A DNA stretch of 64,000 nt from a bacterium. Its GTDB lineage: Bacteria; Calditrichota; Calditrichia; RBG-13-44-9; J042. Under the pieces are notes generated by a model. That model did not search any database and was not told where the DNA came from. It saw nothing but the letters and a program-made list of their open reading frames with translations. Position 1 is the stretch's first letter. Every line of letters starts with the position of its first letter. The translations under genes were made by a program, and so were the position numbers. The stretch covers positions 10,104 through 74,103 of the forward strand of contig WFTQ01000084.1 of assembly GCA_015485355.1 (NCBI GenBank). Reading direction: 5' to 3'. This document shows positions 10,628 to 19,182 of the stretch, in pieces.

Positions 10628-10852
10628 ACTATTCTCCCTTTGTTTTCACCCGGTTCAACGAAAGAAAATTACAGGCCGCGGTGGAAAATTCAAAAGTAAA
10701 ACCGATTTTTCCGGGGACAGGGGCAAGGTTTCCCTCCACACCCTATTCAGGGGATATGCTGTAAATCCTGCCTTTCTTCTGTTCGGTGCCCTTGCCGCAA
10801 TCCGGTCAACAACGCTGTTCGGCGGCCCGCCGCCCGCTTTGCGCCCGGTAAC

Positions 10853-12094
10853 CTATCCGGTGCCGTCTGTCGGCCCGGTTCCACCCTCGGGGAATCGAAA
10901 CCGGACAACCTCGGCCCGCTGAAGCGCATCGCGGATCAACCCCTCCACATCCAGTCGGGCTTCGGCCTCTTGAACCACTTCCAGTCTGGCGCGAGTCACC
11001 GGATGTCGGGGGACAAAAAGGGAACAGCAGTCTTCATAGGGTTCCACGGATATGTCGTAGGTGCCCAACTTTCGTGCCATCTCCACAATTTCTTCCTTAT
11101 CGTTACCCGAAAGAGGCCGCAATACCGGCAGCCGGGTCACTTCGTTGATGACCTGAAGATTGCTTAAAGTTTGCGAGGCCACCTGAGCAATGCTTTCCCC
11201 GGTGACCAAGGCCCGAGCGCGTTCCCGGCGGGCAATGCGCTCTGCCAATCGCAACATGAACCGGCGGTACAATACCACCCGATAATCCGTCGGGGCTTTG
11301 AGCATAATTTCCTGTTGCACTTCCAGAAAGGGTACCAGGTATAATTTGGAGTCATACTGGTATTGCGTCAACAACCGGACCAACCGCCCGGAATTCCGGA
11401 TGGAAGCATCACTGGTAAAGGGAACGCTGTGGAAATGGACAAAGATTAATCGAACTCCCCGTTTCATGATGGTGTAAGAGGCCACCGGGGAATCGATGCC
11501 GGCCGACAACAGACTTACCGCTCGTTCGCTGACGCCTACCGGCAATCCCCGGGGGCCGGCGATGCGTTCCGCGTACAGGATGGCAAAGCGATCAAATATT
11601 TCGATATAGCAGGTCCGTTGGGGATGACTCAGATCCACTCGTGCACCGCTCTGCTTTTGAATGGCGGCACCGATGCGGACATTTACTTGCTGAGAATTAT
11701 AAGGAAAAGCCTTTTGGGACCGCCGGGTGGACACCCGAAATGTCTGAAAGACCATCTGCTTCATCAGTGCCAAAGCCGCCGCTTCTATGGGTTCGATCGC
11801 CTGCTCCGTCAAGACGGCCGGCGCGAAATAGGCCACGCCAAACACGTTTTTCAACCGGGACTCCAGAAGTTCCCAATCATAATCCCGGGGTAAAACCAGG
11901 GCGAATCGCCCGTGAAACCGCCGGACAAGGCCGATGCCGGCATCGGCCAGAGCCCGCTTGATGTTTCGCATCAGCTGATTCTCGAACATGCTCCGGTTCT
12001 CCCCTTTCAACCCCACTTCGGCATAGTGAATGACCACGCAGGGTTGAGCGGTGGGGACATCCCGGGTGACCCTTTCCAGAACGTTTGGCTTCAT
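10853..12094 (-). CDS. thiI: tRNA 4-thiouridine(8) synthase ThiI
   Basis: 413 aa. N-terminal THUMP-like region and PP-loop LLSAGIDSPVASYTIMKRG (SGGxDS-type adenylation motif); overall ThiI architecture without a rhodanese extension. Confidence 0.8.
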   Translation of the reverse strand: MKPNVLERVTRDVPTAQPCVVIHYAEVGLKGENRSMFENQLMRNIKRALADAGIGLVRRFHGRFALVLPRDYDWELLESRLKNVFGVAYFAPAVLTEQAIEPIEAAALALMKQMVFQTFRVSTRRSQKAFPYNSQQVNVRIGAAIQKQSGARVDLSHPQRTCYIEIFDRFAILYAERIAGPRGLPVGVSERAVSLLSAGIDSPVASYTIMKRGVRLIFVHFHSVPFTSDASIRNSGRLVRLLTQYQYDSKLYLVPFLEVQQEIMLKAPTDYRVVLYRRFMLRLAERIARRERARALVTGESIAQVASQTLSNLQVINEVTRLPVLRPLSGNDKEEIVEMARKLGTYDISVEPYEDCCSLFVPRHPVTRARLEVVQEAEARLDVEGLIRDALQRAEVVRFRFPEGGTGPTDGTG

Positions 12095-12214
12095 ATCCCA
12101 TCATTCTACAAAATATCTGTTTGTTACGCAAGAAGAAAGGTTCGTCCCTACCCTCACCCGGCTCCCCATGCTTCCTCCACACCCCTATTTACAATGTTTC
12201 TGGATTTTTACCCC

Positions 12215-12247
12215 ATTGTAACACGATTGTAACACTGGTTTGTTATC
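12215..12247 (+). promoter_or_regulatory. candidate Pho-box-like direct repeats upstream of pstS
   Basis: Tandem 11-bp direct repeats ATTGTAACACG ATTGTAACACT followed by the degenerate GGTTTGTTATC, 33-65 bp upstream of the pstS ATG. The 7+4 periodicity resembles PhoB/PhoP-type response-regulator sites. A similar half-site TTTGTTAC lies at about 12118. Confidence 0.35.
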
Positions 12248-12279
12248 ATAGCCACCCTAACAAACAAGGAGCATAATTT

Positions 12280-13263
12280 ATGGAGCCGTTGAAACGCAGT
12301 GGATTCACATTCATCCGGCTGTGGGTGATTCTGGGTTTACTGACCCATCTGTGGGCCCAGAGTATTCAAGTCGACGCGGACCTCCCCCGGTATAAAAAAG
12401 TTCGTGGAATCCGCGGGAATGCCAACAGCATCGGTTCGGACACGATGAACAATTTAATGACCCTATGGCTGGAGGGATTCAAGAAGTACTATCCGATGGT
12501 GAACATTCAGGTGGAAGGGAAGGGGTCGTCCACCGCCCCGCCGGCCCTGATCGAAGGGATCGCCCAATTCGGTCCCATGTCTCGTAAAATGAAGGCCAAA
12601 GAAGTGGATGCCTTTGAGAAAAAATATGGATTCAAACCCACCGAAATTCGAGTAGCATTGGACGCCTTGGCGGTATTTGTCAATCGGGACAACCCTTTAG
12701 ATTGTTTGAGCCTGGAAGAACTGGACGCCATCTTTTCTTCCACCCGTAAGCGGGGCTATCCGGAAAACATCACCCGATGGGGCCAACTGGGCTTAACCGG
12801 CGCATGGAGCAACAAGCCCATCAGCATTTTCGGACGCAACTCCGCCAGCGGTACATACGGGTTTTTCAAAAAGATCGTCCTGAGAAAAGGCGATTATAAA
12901 AACATCGTTAAAGAGCAACCCGGATCCGCTTCGGTGGTTCAAGGAATCACCGAAGATCGTTACGCCATCGGCTACAGCGGCATCGGCTACATCACTTCCG
13001 GAGTGAAAGCGCTGGCCCTGGCCAAGAAAAAGGGTGCGCCGTGTTACCACGGCACTTATGAAAATGTGATCGCTAAAAAATATCCCCTTTCCCGATACCT
13101 GTACATCTACATCGTTAAAACCCCCAATAAACCCCTGGATCCCCTGGTGAGGGAATTCCTAAAATTTGTTCTGAGTTACGAAGGTCAAAAGATCGTTGCC
13201 AAAGATGGATATCTTCCCTTGCCGGCCAAGGTGGTCCAGGAAGAACGAATGAAACTGCAATAA
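12280..13263 (+). CDS. pstS: phosphate ABC transporter substrate-binding protein PstS
   Basis: 327 aa with signal peptide; PBP-like domain with motifs GSSTAPPALIEG and RDNPLDCLSLEELDAIFS typical of the PstS family. First gene of the pstSCAB-phoU cluster. Confidence 0.85.
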   Translation: MEPLKRSGFTFIRLWVILGLLTHLWAQSIQVDADLPRYKKVRGIRGNANSIGSDTMNNLMTLWLEGFKKYYPMVNIQVEGKGSSTAPPALIEGIAQFGPMSRKMKAKEVDAFEKKYGFKPTEIRVALDALAVFVNRDNPLDCLSLEELDAIFSSTRKRGYPENITRWGQLGLTGAWSNKPISIFGRNSASGTYGFFKKIVLRKGDYKNIVKEQPGSASVVQGITEDRYAIGYSGIGYITSGVKALALAKKKGAPCYHGTYENVIAKKYPLSRYLYIYIVKTPNKPLDPLVREFLKFVLSYEGQKIVAKDGYLPLPAKVVQEERMKLQ

Positions 13264-13299
13264 TTCCGGGATGAATGGATCAGCCGAAGACTAATCAAG

Positions 13300-15525
13300 A
13301 TGATGAAGCCGAAGAGATCGCTTAGCACGGACATCTCCTCTTTTCGTCTACGGACCTATCGCAGGGACCGCCGGGCCCGCTGGATCATCACCCTGGCCGG
13401 ATACGGCATCATTCTGAGCATCGTTCTGATTTTCGTTTACCTGGTGAAAGAAAGTCTGCCGCTTTCCTTTGGGGCTTCGGTTCAAAAATGGTTCGGCTGG
13501 GGACTGCCTCGGGATGAAAACGTGCTGCTCACCGGTGTCGATTCTTATCAGGAAGTGGTATACGTCCTGACCGCCGGGGGCAAGATCAAATTTTTCCGGA
13601 TGCGGGACAAGGCTTTAATTCAACAGGACTCCCTGCCGTTGTTTCCGGGCGAACACCTCCTCAGCGCTTCCAAAGGCAGCCTTCAACAGGAATGGTTCGC
13701 AGTGGGCACCGATTCAGGACGCATTTTGACCGCTCTCATCCGGTTTATCCCCCACTATACCGACACAGGCAGAGTCATTCTGCCCCAAACCTCTCTTGAA
13801 GAAACTTTTTTCGCCGATCCCGGGCAGGCGGCGGGCCATGTGGAACGTTTGGTATTTCGCCGAAACGAAGAAGGGCAACGCTTCTGGCTCTGGGAAACCC
13901 ACACCGGAGAACTGTTTCTGCGACATTCCGACACGGAATTTGAAGAAGTATATCGGGTCAGCATTCCCAGGCCATGGGGTGAACACACCCTCACGGCGTT
14001 GACCATGAGCTATAGCGGAGAACATATCGCCTTCGGCACTTCCGGCGGAGAGGTGTACTGGTTTCGTTATGCCGACGGCGAGGTGGTTTTGCAGGATCGT
14101 TTTCAGGAAAGCGAAATGCCCGTGAGTGCTCTGTCCTATTTGATTGGAGATAATGCCCTGGTCGTGGGCGACACGGACGGCCGGGTGAGTGTTTGGTTTC
14201 CGGTTTACGGTCCCAGTCAGATTTACAAAATGCAACCGATTCATCGATTTCGTTCTCACCCGGCGGCCGTGGAACAAATCTATCCGTCCCCCAGAAACCG
14301 AAACTTTTTAACCATCGACACCCGGGGCAATGCTCATCTGAATTATTCAACCACCGGCCGCACCCAGCTGGAATTTCAGCCGGCTTCCAATCGCATCCAG
14401 GCCGCGGCCATTGCTCCCAAAGCGAATGGCATCGTGGTGGTCGATGCCCAACATCGGATCGGCCATTTTTTGCTGGATAATCCTCATCCAGAAATCACCC
14501 TGAAAACCCTTCTGGGCAAGGTCTGGTACGAAGGTTATCCCCGCCCCGCATTCGTCTGGCAATCCACGGGGGGCTCCGATGCCTTTGAACCCAAATTCAG
14601 CCTGGTTCCCTTGATTTTCGGCACCTTTAAGGGGACGCTCTACGCCATGGTCTTTTCCGTTCCTCTGGCCCTGCTGGCAGCCATTTATGTTTCCCAATTC
14701 GCCCCCTACTGGCTGTCTCGGCTGGTCAAACCCACCGTAGAGATCATGGCCGCCCTGCCCAGCGTGGTCATCGGGTTTCTGGGGGGACTGTACTTCGCAC
14801 CCTTGTTCGAACAACACCTGACCGCCATATTAATCTTCTTGATCATGCTGCCCGGGGTTTTTCTGATTTTCATTCTGGGTTGGCGCCAGGTTCCCGAATC
14901 CCATCGCCTGCGAATTCCCATAGGATGGGAACTGTGGTTTACCATTCCGGTGGCCCTGCTGGCCATCAGCCTTTCCCTGACGCTGGCTCCATACATCGAA
15001 CAGGGGTTCTTTGGCGGCGATTTAAAACAATGGATCTATATGACGCTGGGAATGACCTACGATACCCGCAACAGCATTGTGGTAGGATTTGCCCTGGGGT
15101 TTGCGGTCATTCCCATCATCTTCACCGTTGCGGAAGATGCCCTCAGTAACGTGCCGGATTCGCTCACGTCGGCATCGCTGGCGCTGGGGGCCTCCCGCTG
15201 GCAAACGGTCCGACGGGTGGTGTTGCCCGCCGCTGCCGGCGGGATATTCGCCGCGGTTATGCTGGGTTTCGGCCGCGCCGTGGGCGAAACCATGATCGTG
15301 TTGATGGCCACCGGCAACACCCCCATTATCGACCTGAGTCCATTCAATGGCTTTCGCACTATGAGCGCCTGCATCGCCGTGGAAATTCCCGAGGCCCCTG
15401 TAGGCGGCACCCTCTACCGGGTCCTCTTTTTAACCGCCCTGTTGCTGTTTACATTCACCTTTATCATCAACACCCTGTCCTCCGTGGTTGGAGAACGGTT
15501 GCGCAAAAAATATGCGAGATTTTAA
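13300..15525 (+). CDS. pstC: phosphate ABC transporter permease PstC with large N-terminal periplasmic extension
   Basis: 741 aa. The C-terminal ~310 aa form the PstC-like permease core (6 TM, EAA-like loop, ALGASRWQTVRRVVLPAAAGGIFAAVMLGFGRAVGETM). The N-terminal ~430 aa carry one TM (WIITLAGYGIILSIVLIFVYLV) and then a beta-rich repeat domain (VVYVLTAGGKIKFF, GGEVYWFRYADGEVVL, VVGDTDGRVSVWFP). Confidence 0.8.
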   Translation: MMKPKRSLSTDISSFRLRTYRRDRRARWIITLAGYGIILSIVLIFVYLVKESLPLSFGASVQKWFGWGLPRDENVLLTGVDSYQEVVYVLTAGGKIKFFRMRDKALIQQDSLPLFPGEHLLSASKGSLQQEWFAVGTDSGRILTALIRFIPHYTDTGRVILPQTSLEETFFADPGQAAGHVERLVFRRNEEGQRFWLWETHTGELFLRHSDTEFEEVYRVSIPRPWGEHTLTALTMSYSGEHIAFGTSGGEVYWFRYADGEVVLQDRFQESEMPVSALSYLIGDNALVVGDTDGRVSVWFPVYGPSQIYKMQPIHRFRSHPAAVEQIYPSPRNRNFLTIDTRGNAHLNYSTTGRTQLEFQPASNRIQAAAIAPKANGIVVVDAQHRIGHFLLDNPHPEITLKTLLGKVWYEGYPRPAFVWQSTGGSDAFEPKFSLVPLIFGTFKGTLYAMVFSVPLALLAAIYVSQFAPYWLSRLVKPTVEIMAALPSVVIGFLGGLYFAPLFEQHLTAILIFLIMLPGVFLIFILGWRQVPESHRLRIPIGWELWFTIPVALLAISLSLTLAPYIEQGFFGGDLKQWIYMTLGMTYDTRNSIVVGFALGFAVIPIIFTVAEDALSNVPDSLTSASLALGASRWQTVRRVVLPAAAGGIFAAVMLGFGRAVGETMIVLMATGNTPIIDLSPFNGFRTMSACIAVEIPEAPVGGTLYRVLFLTALLLFTFTFIINTLSSVVGERLRKKYARF

Positions 15526-15528
15526 ACG

Positions 15529-17187
15529 ATGAAGGATCGACGAATCAGCTATTTCCGGCAAAAAGGCGATGCCTACATCATGGGTACCAGCCTCGGACTG
15601 GTATTGTCGTTGCTGATGGTCGCTTTCATCCTGGGCGTCATCCTGGTAAAGGGACTGGGCTTTTTCTGGCCCTCGGACCTGCTGTATTTACAGTTAAAAG
15701 ACGGTAAACACTACCTGGGTGAGGTAACCGACCGGGAAGAAAGCGTTCGCTTCTCCGAGTCCGGAGAGCCGCTGCACATACAAGAGGTTCAGTTAAAGAT
15801 CGGAAACCGCGATCTGTATGGGCTGGATTTTGTTTGGATTGACCTGAGCGATGTAGTTGAGCAGACCTATCCCGCCCATGCCATCACCATTGAACGTCTG
15901 GAATACGGGAATTTTTATGGATTTCCCCAAAAGGTGCGATGGGGGGAGCGCCAGTGGGAGGTTCACCATCCCGATTTCCCCCAACAGCTGCGCCGGTTGC
16001 ATCACCAGGCGGTGGCCAACCGCAAGCAGATCGCCCGCCTGGAAAAACAGCTGAATCGATTGTTGGAGCCGTTATCGCACGTCGAAAGAGCGATTTCTCT
16101 GCTGGAAATCTCTCCCGAGGCCCAAACGCCGGAGGGGCGACGGAAAATGCAGCAACTGGAAGAACAAATTCGGCAGCTGGAAACGGCGATCCGTGAACCC
16201 TACACGCGCCTGACCCGGCAACTGGAAAGCCGATATCAGGAGAATCGGCAACTGGTCCTGTCCCTGATCACGGCCGACAAGCAGGTAAAGGAAATTCCCC
16301 TGGAAAAAATCGTGCGATGCTATTTTCCCAATCAGATGGGCTTTTTTCAGAAAGCGAGCCTGTATGCCTCCAAATTATGGGAATTCGTCTCCGCCGATCC
16401 CCGGGAATCCAACACCGAGGGGGGAATTTTCCCCGCCATTTTCGGCACGGTATTGATGGTCCTGATCATGTCCATTGCCGTGGTGCCTTTTGGTGTGCTG
16501 GCGGCCATATATCTGTGCGAATATGCTCGTCCCGGCCCGGTGGTACGTCTGATCCGCCTGTCGATTAACAATCTGGCGGGGGTACCGTCCATTGTTTTCG
16601 GCATATTCGGTCTAAGCTTTTTCATATATATGATCGGAGGGAGCATCGATCAATTATTCTTCAGCAGCAAGCTGCCCGAACCCACCTTTGGAACGGGCGG
16701 TATCTTGTGGGCTTCCTTGACCCTGGCGTTGCTTACCCTGCCTGTGGTGGTAGTGGCCACAGAAGAAGGCATTCTGGCGGTGCCTCAGGCCAACAAAGAA
16801 GCGGCGCTGGCCCTGGGGGCCACCCGGTGGCAGATGATCCGCAAAATCATCCTACCCAATGCCATGCCCGGTATTCTAACGGGTCTAATCTTGGCGATCA
16901 GCCGCGGAGCCGGGGAAGTGGCCCCCTTAATGATCACCGGGGTGGTGAAACTGGCACCCTCCCTGCCACTGGATACCACCTTCCCCTTTCTGCACCTGGA
17001 TCGCAAATTTATGCATCTGGGATTTCATATATACGATGTGGGATTTCAGTCGCCCAATGTGGAGGCGGCCAAACCCATGGTCTACACCACCGCCCTTCTG
17101 CTCATCCTATTGGTGGTGGTATTAAACCTGATCGCCATACGCATGCGCAATCACTTACGTAAAAAATATAAAATGGCCGCTTTTTAA
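15529..17187 (+). CDS. pstA: phosphate ABC transporter permease PstA with N-terminal periplasmic/coiled-coil insertion
   Basis: 552 aa. The C-terminal core carries the PstA signature ([46 protein letters not shown]). The N-terminal ~260 aa after the first TM include a heptad-like coiled coil ([30 protein letters not shown]...[14 protein letters not shown]). Confidence 0.8.
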   Translation: MKDRRISYFRQKGDAYIMGTSLGLVLSLLMVAFILGVILVKGLGFFWPSDLLYLQLKDGKHYLGEVTDREESVRFSESGEPLHIQEVQLKIGNRDLYGLDFVWIDLSDVVEQTYPAHAITIERLEYGNFYGFPQKVRWGERQWEVHHPDFPQQLRRLHHQAVANRKQIARLEKQLNRLLEPLSHVERAISLLEISPEAQTPEGRRKMQQLEEQIRQLETAIREPYTRLTRQLESRYQENRQLVLSLITADKQVKEIPLEKIVRCYFPNQMGFFQKASLYASKLWEFVSADPRESNTEGGIFPAIFGTVLMVLIMSIAVVPFGVLAAIYLCEYARPGPVVRLIRLSINNLAGVPSIVFGIFGLSFFIYMIGGSIDQLFFSSKLPEPTFGTGGILWASLTLALLTLPVVVVATEEGILAVPQANKEAALALGATRWQMIRKIILPNAMPGILTGLILAISRGAGEVAPLMITGVVKLAPSLPLDTTFPFLHLDRKFMHLGFHIYDVGFQSPNVEAAKPMVYTTALLLILLVVVLNLIAIRMRNHLRKKYKMAAF

Positions 17188-17203
17188 AACAACAGGGGTT
17201 CCT

Positions 17204-18046
17204 ATGGTAGAGGTCAAAAAAGTGGACACCGAAGTGCAACTTCAATTTAAGGTTCCGGAAACCGATTATAACTCGATACTGGAAGGCGAAAACGTTGTCA
17301 TCGAGACCCTTCACCTGAATTTCTATTACACACCCGAGGTTCACGCATTAAAAGCTATTACCATTAAGATTCCCGAAAAGAAGGTGACCGCGTTCATCGG
17401 GCCCTCGGGGTGCGGAAAATCCACCCTGCTTCGTACCTTTAACCGGATGAACGACCTGATCCCCGGGGCTTATTTAACCGGCAAAGTGCTCATCGAAGGT
17501 CAGGACATCTACAGTAACAACATTCGTCTGGAAGAATTGCGTAAAAAAGTGGGCATGGTGTTTCAGAAATCCAATCCTTTTCCCATGTCCATCTGGGAAA
17601 ATGTGGCCTTCGGCCCGAAGGTCAACGGCATAACCGATAAGTCCCTCCTGGACGAGATGGTGGAATCCGCGTTAAAGCAGGCGGACTTATGGAAAGAAGT
17701 GAAAGACCGCTTGCATCAATCGGCGCTGGATTTATCCGGGGGACAACAACAACGGCTATGCATTGCCCGTACTCTGGCCAACAAGCCGGACATCATTTTA
17801 ATGGACGAACCCGCTTCGGCCCTGGACCCCATTTCCACGGGAAAGATTGAAGAAACCATCGAGGAATTAAAACAAAATTATACGATTGTGATAGTCACCC
17901 ACAATATGCAGCAGGCCGCAAGAATATCGGATTATACCGCGTTTATGATGCTGGGAGAATTGATCGAATACGACAAGACCAAGACCATTTTTACCAACCC
18001 CAAAGTGAAGCTGACAGAGGATTATATTACCGGGCGGTTTGGATAA
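17204..18046 (+). CDS. pstB: phosphate ABC transporter ATP-binding protein PstB
   Basis: 280 aa. Walker [10 protein letters not shown], signature [16 protein letters not shown], Walker [13 protein letters not shown]-loop VTHNMQQA. Strongly PstB-like throughout. Confidence 0.9.
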   Translation: MVEVKKVDTEVQLQFKVPETDYNSILEGENVVIETLHLNFYYTPEVHALKAITIKIPEKKVTAFIGPSGCGKSTLLRTFNRMNDLIPGAYLTGKVLIEGQDIYSNNIRLEELRKKVGMVFQKSNPFPMSIWENVAFGPKVNGITDKSLLDEMVESALKQADLWKEVKDRLHQSALDLSGGQQQRLCIARTLANKPDIILMDEPASALDPISTGKIEETIEELKQNYTIVIVTHNMQQAARISDYTAFMMLGELIEYDKTKTIFTNPKVKLTEDYITGRFG

Positions 18047-18104
18047 TTCCCGAAAATGCGGTAAAATAAAACCATCGGTTCCAATGAAGCGGGAGAAACC
18101 CCAC

Positions 18105-18764
18105 ATGAAAGAGAAAATGAAGCAATTGTTGGACAGCATCAAAAAGGATATCATTTATCTGGCCAACGAAGTGGAACATGCGTTGCGGCAGTCCATGAAA
18201 GCGTTAGAAAAACAGGATGTGGAGTTGGCCCGTATGGTCATCGAAAACGACACCGAGATCGATAAACTGGAAGTAAAGATCGAGGATCAAATTCTCACTC
18301 TGATGGCCTTACAGCAACCGGTGGCCATTGATCTGCGATTTATTGTGGCCGGATTGAAAATGAACAACGACCTGGAGCGAATCGGCGATCACGCGGTCAA
18401 CATATCCCAAACGGCCATTCAGCTGGCGGGAGAGCCGTATATCAAGCCTCTGGAAGATTTACCCCGTATGAGCGAAATTGCCTGCGACATGCTGCATGAA
18501 GCGGTCAATTCCTTCATTTATCAAGATACCGAACTGGCCCGGCAGGTCTGTGCCCGGGATACGGAGGTGGACGAACTGTACAGTAAAGTGGTCAATCACC
18601 TCATCGAAGTGGTGAAGGGCAAAATCGACAAATTGGAGCAGGCGTTTGCCCTGGCGCGGGTGGCGCGGGATTTGGAGCGCGTGGCCGACCTGGCCACCAA
18701 CTTGTGTGAAGACGTGGTCTTTATGAAAGAGGCCAAAATCATTCGTCATCATATGGAAAAGTAG
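18105..18764 (+). CDS. phoU: phosphate signalling complex protein PhoU
   Basis: Two repeated PhoU three-helix-bundle halves with conserved E/D-x-x-x-D motifs (VIENDTEIDKLE, CARDTEVDELY). The ORF track starts at 18039; ATG 18105 (or 18084) is the more likely start, preceded by GGGAGA. Confidence 0.85.
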   Translation: MKEKMKQLLDSIKKDIIYLANEVEHALRQSMKALEKQDVELARMVIENDTEIDKLEVKIEDQILTLMALQQPVAIDLRFIVAGLKMNNDLERIGDHAVNISQTAIQLAGEPYIKPLEDLPRMSEIACDMLHEAVNSFIYQDTELARQVCARDTEVDELYSKVVNHLIEVVKGKIDKLEQAFALARVARDLERVADLATNLCEDVVFMKEAKIIRHHMEK

Positions 18765-19117
18765 CGGGCAAGGATGTATGCGGCAGTTTGTGGCCCCTTG
18801 AATGCAAACAAACGTTAATGCCGAGTTTTTCATCAATTATGGGAAAAAAATCTGGGTATTGGAATTTTATTGCAAAAAGAATAAATTTGAAGATTATGTT
18901 TCAATTGTAAAGCTTTTTGGTTTGAGGAGGCAAAGTGGGTTGGCAATATTGGGTCAGGCGGGGAGAGCGGGGCATTCCTTGTTTCTTTCATTCCTTTCCT
19001 GTAATCGCTTTCACCCGGCGAACCATTGCGGCGCAAACGGTTGATTGTCTTTTCGAGGGGCGGAAAAGGTCTCACCGGCTGGAGTGCATCCCCAAGCCTT
19101 GCAATACCTTATCGACG

Positions 19118-19147
19118 CCCTCTCCAACGCCGGCAGAGGGTTTTTTT
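19118..19147 (+). terminator. terminator-like hairpin plus T-run immediately upstream of the TonB-dependent receptor gene
   Basis: CCCTCT-CCAACGCCGGC-AGAGGG followed by TTTTTTTATTTT, ending about 35 bp before the ATG at 19183. Confidence 0.4.
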
Positions 19148-19182
19148 ATTTTCTTACACTTAACTAAATCACAGGAGGAGCT

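Noticed and set aside
18765-19182. Cobalamin or TPP riboswitch upstream of the TonB-dependent receptor
   Set aside because: No B12-box (GCCACUG) in the right context and no TPP CUGAGA/ACCUGAUCUGGAUAAUGC signature seen; only a generic terminator-like hairpin is supported.
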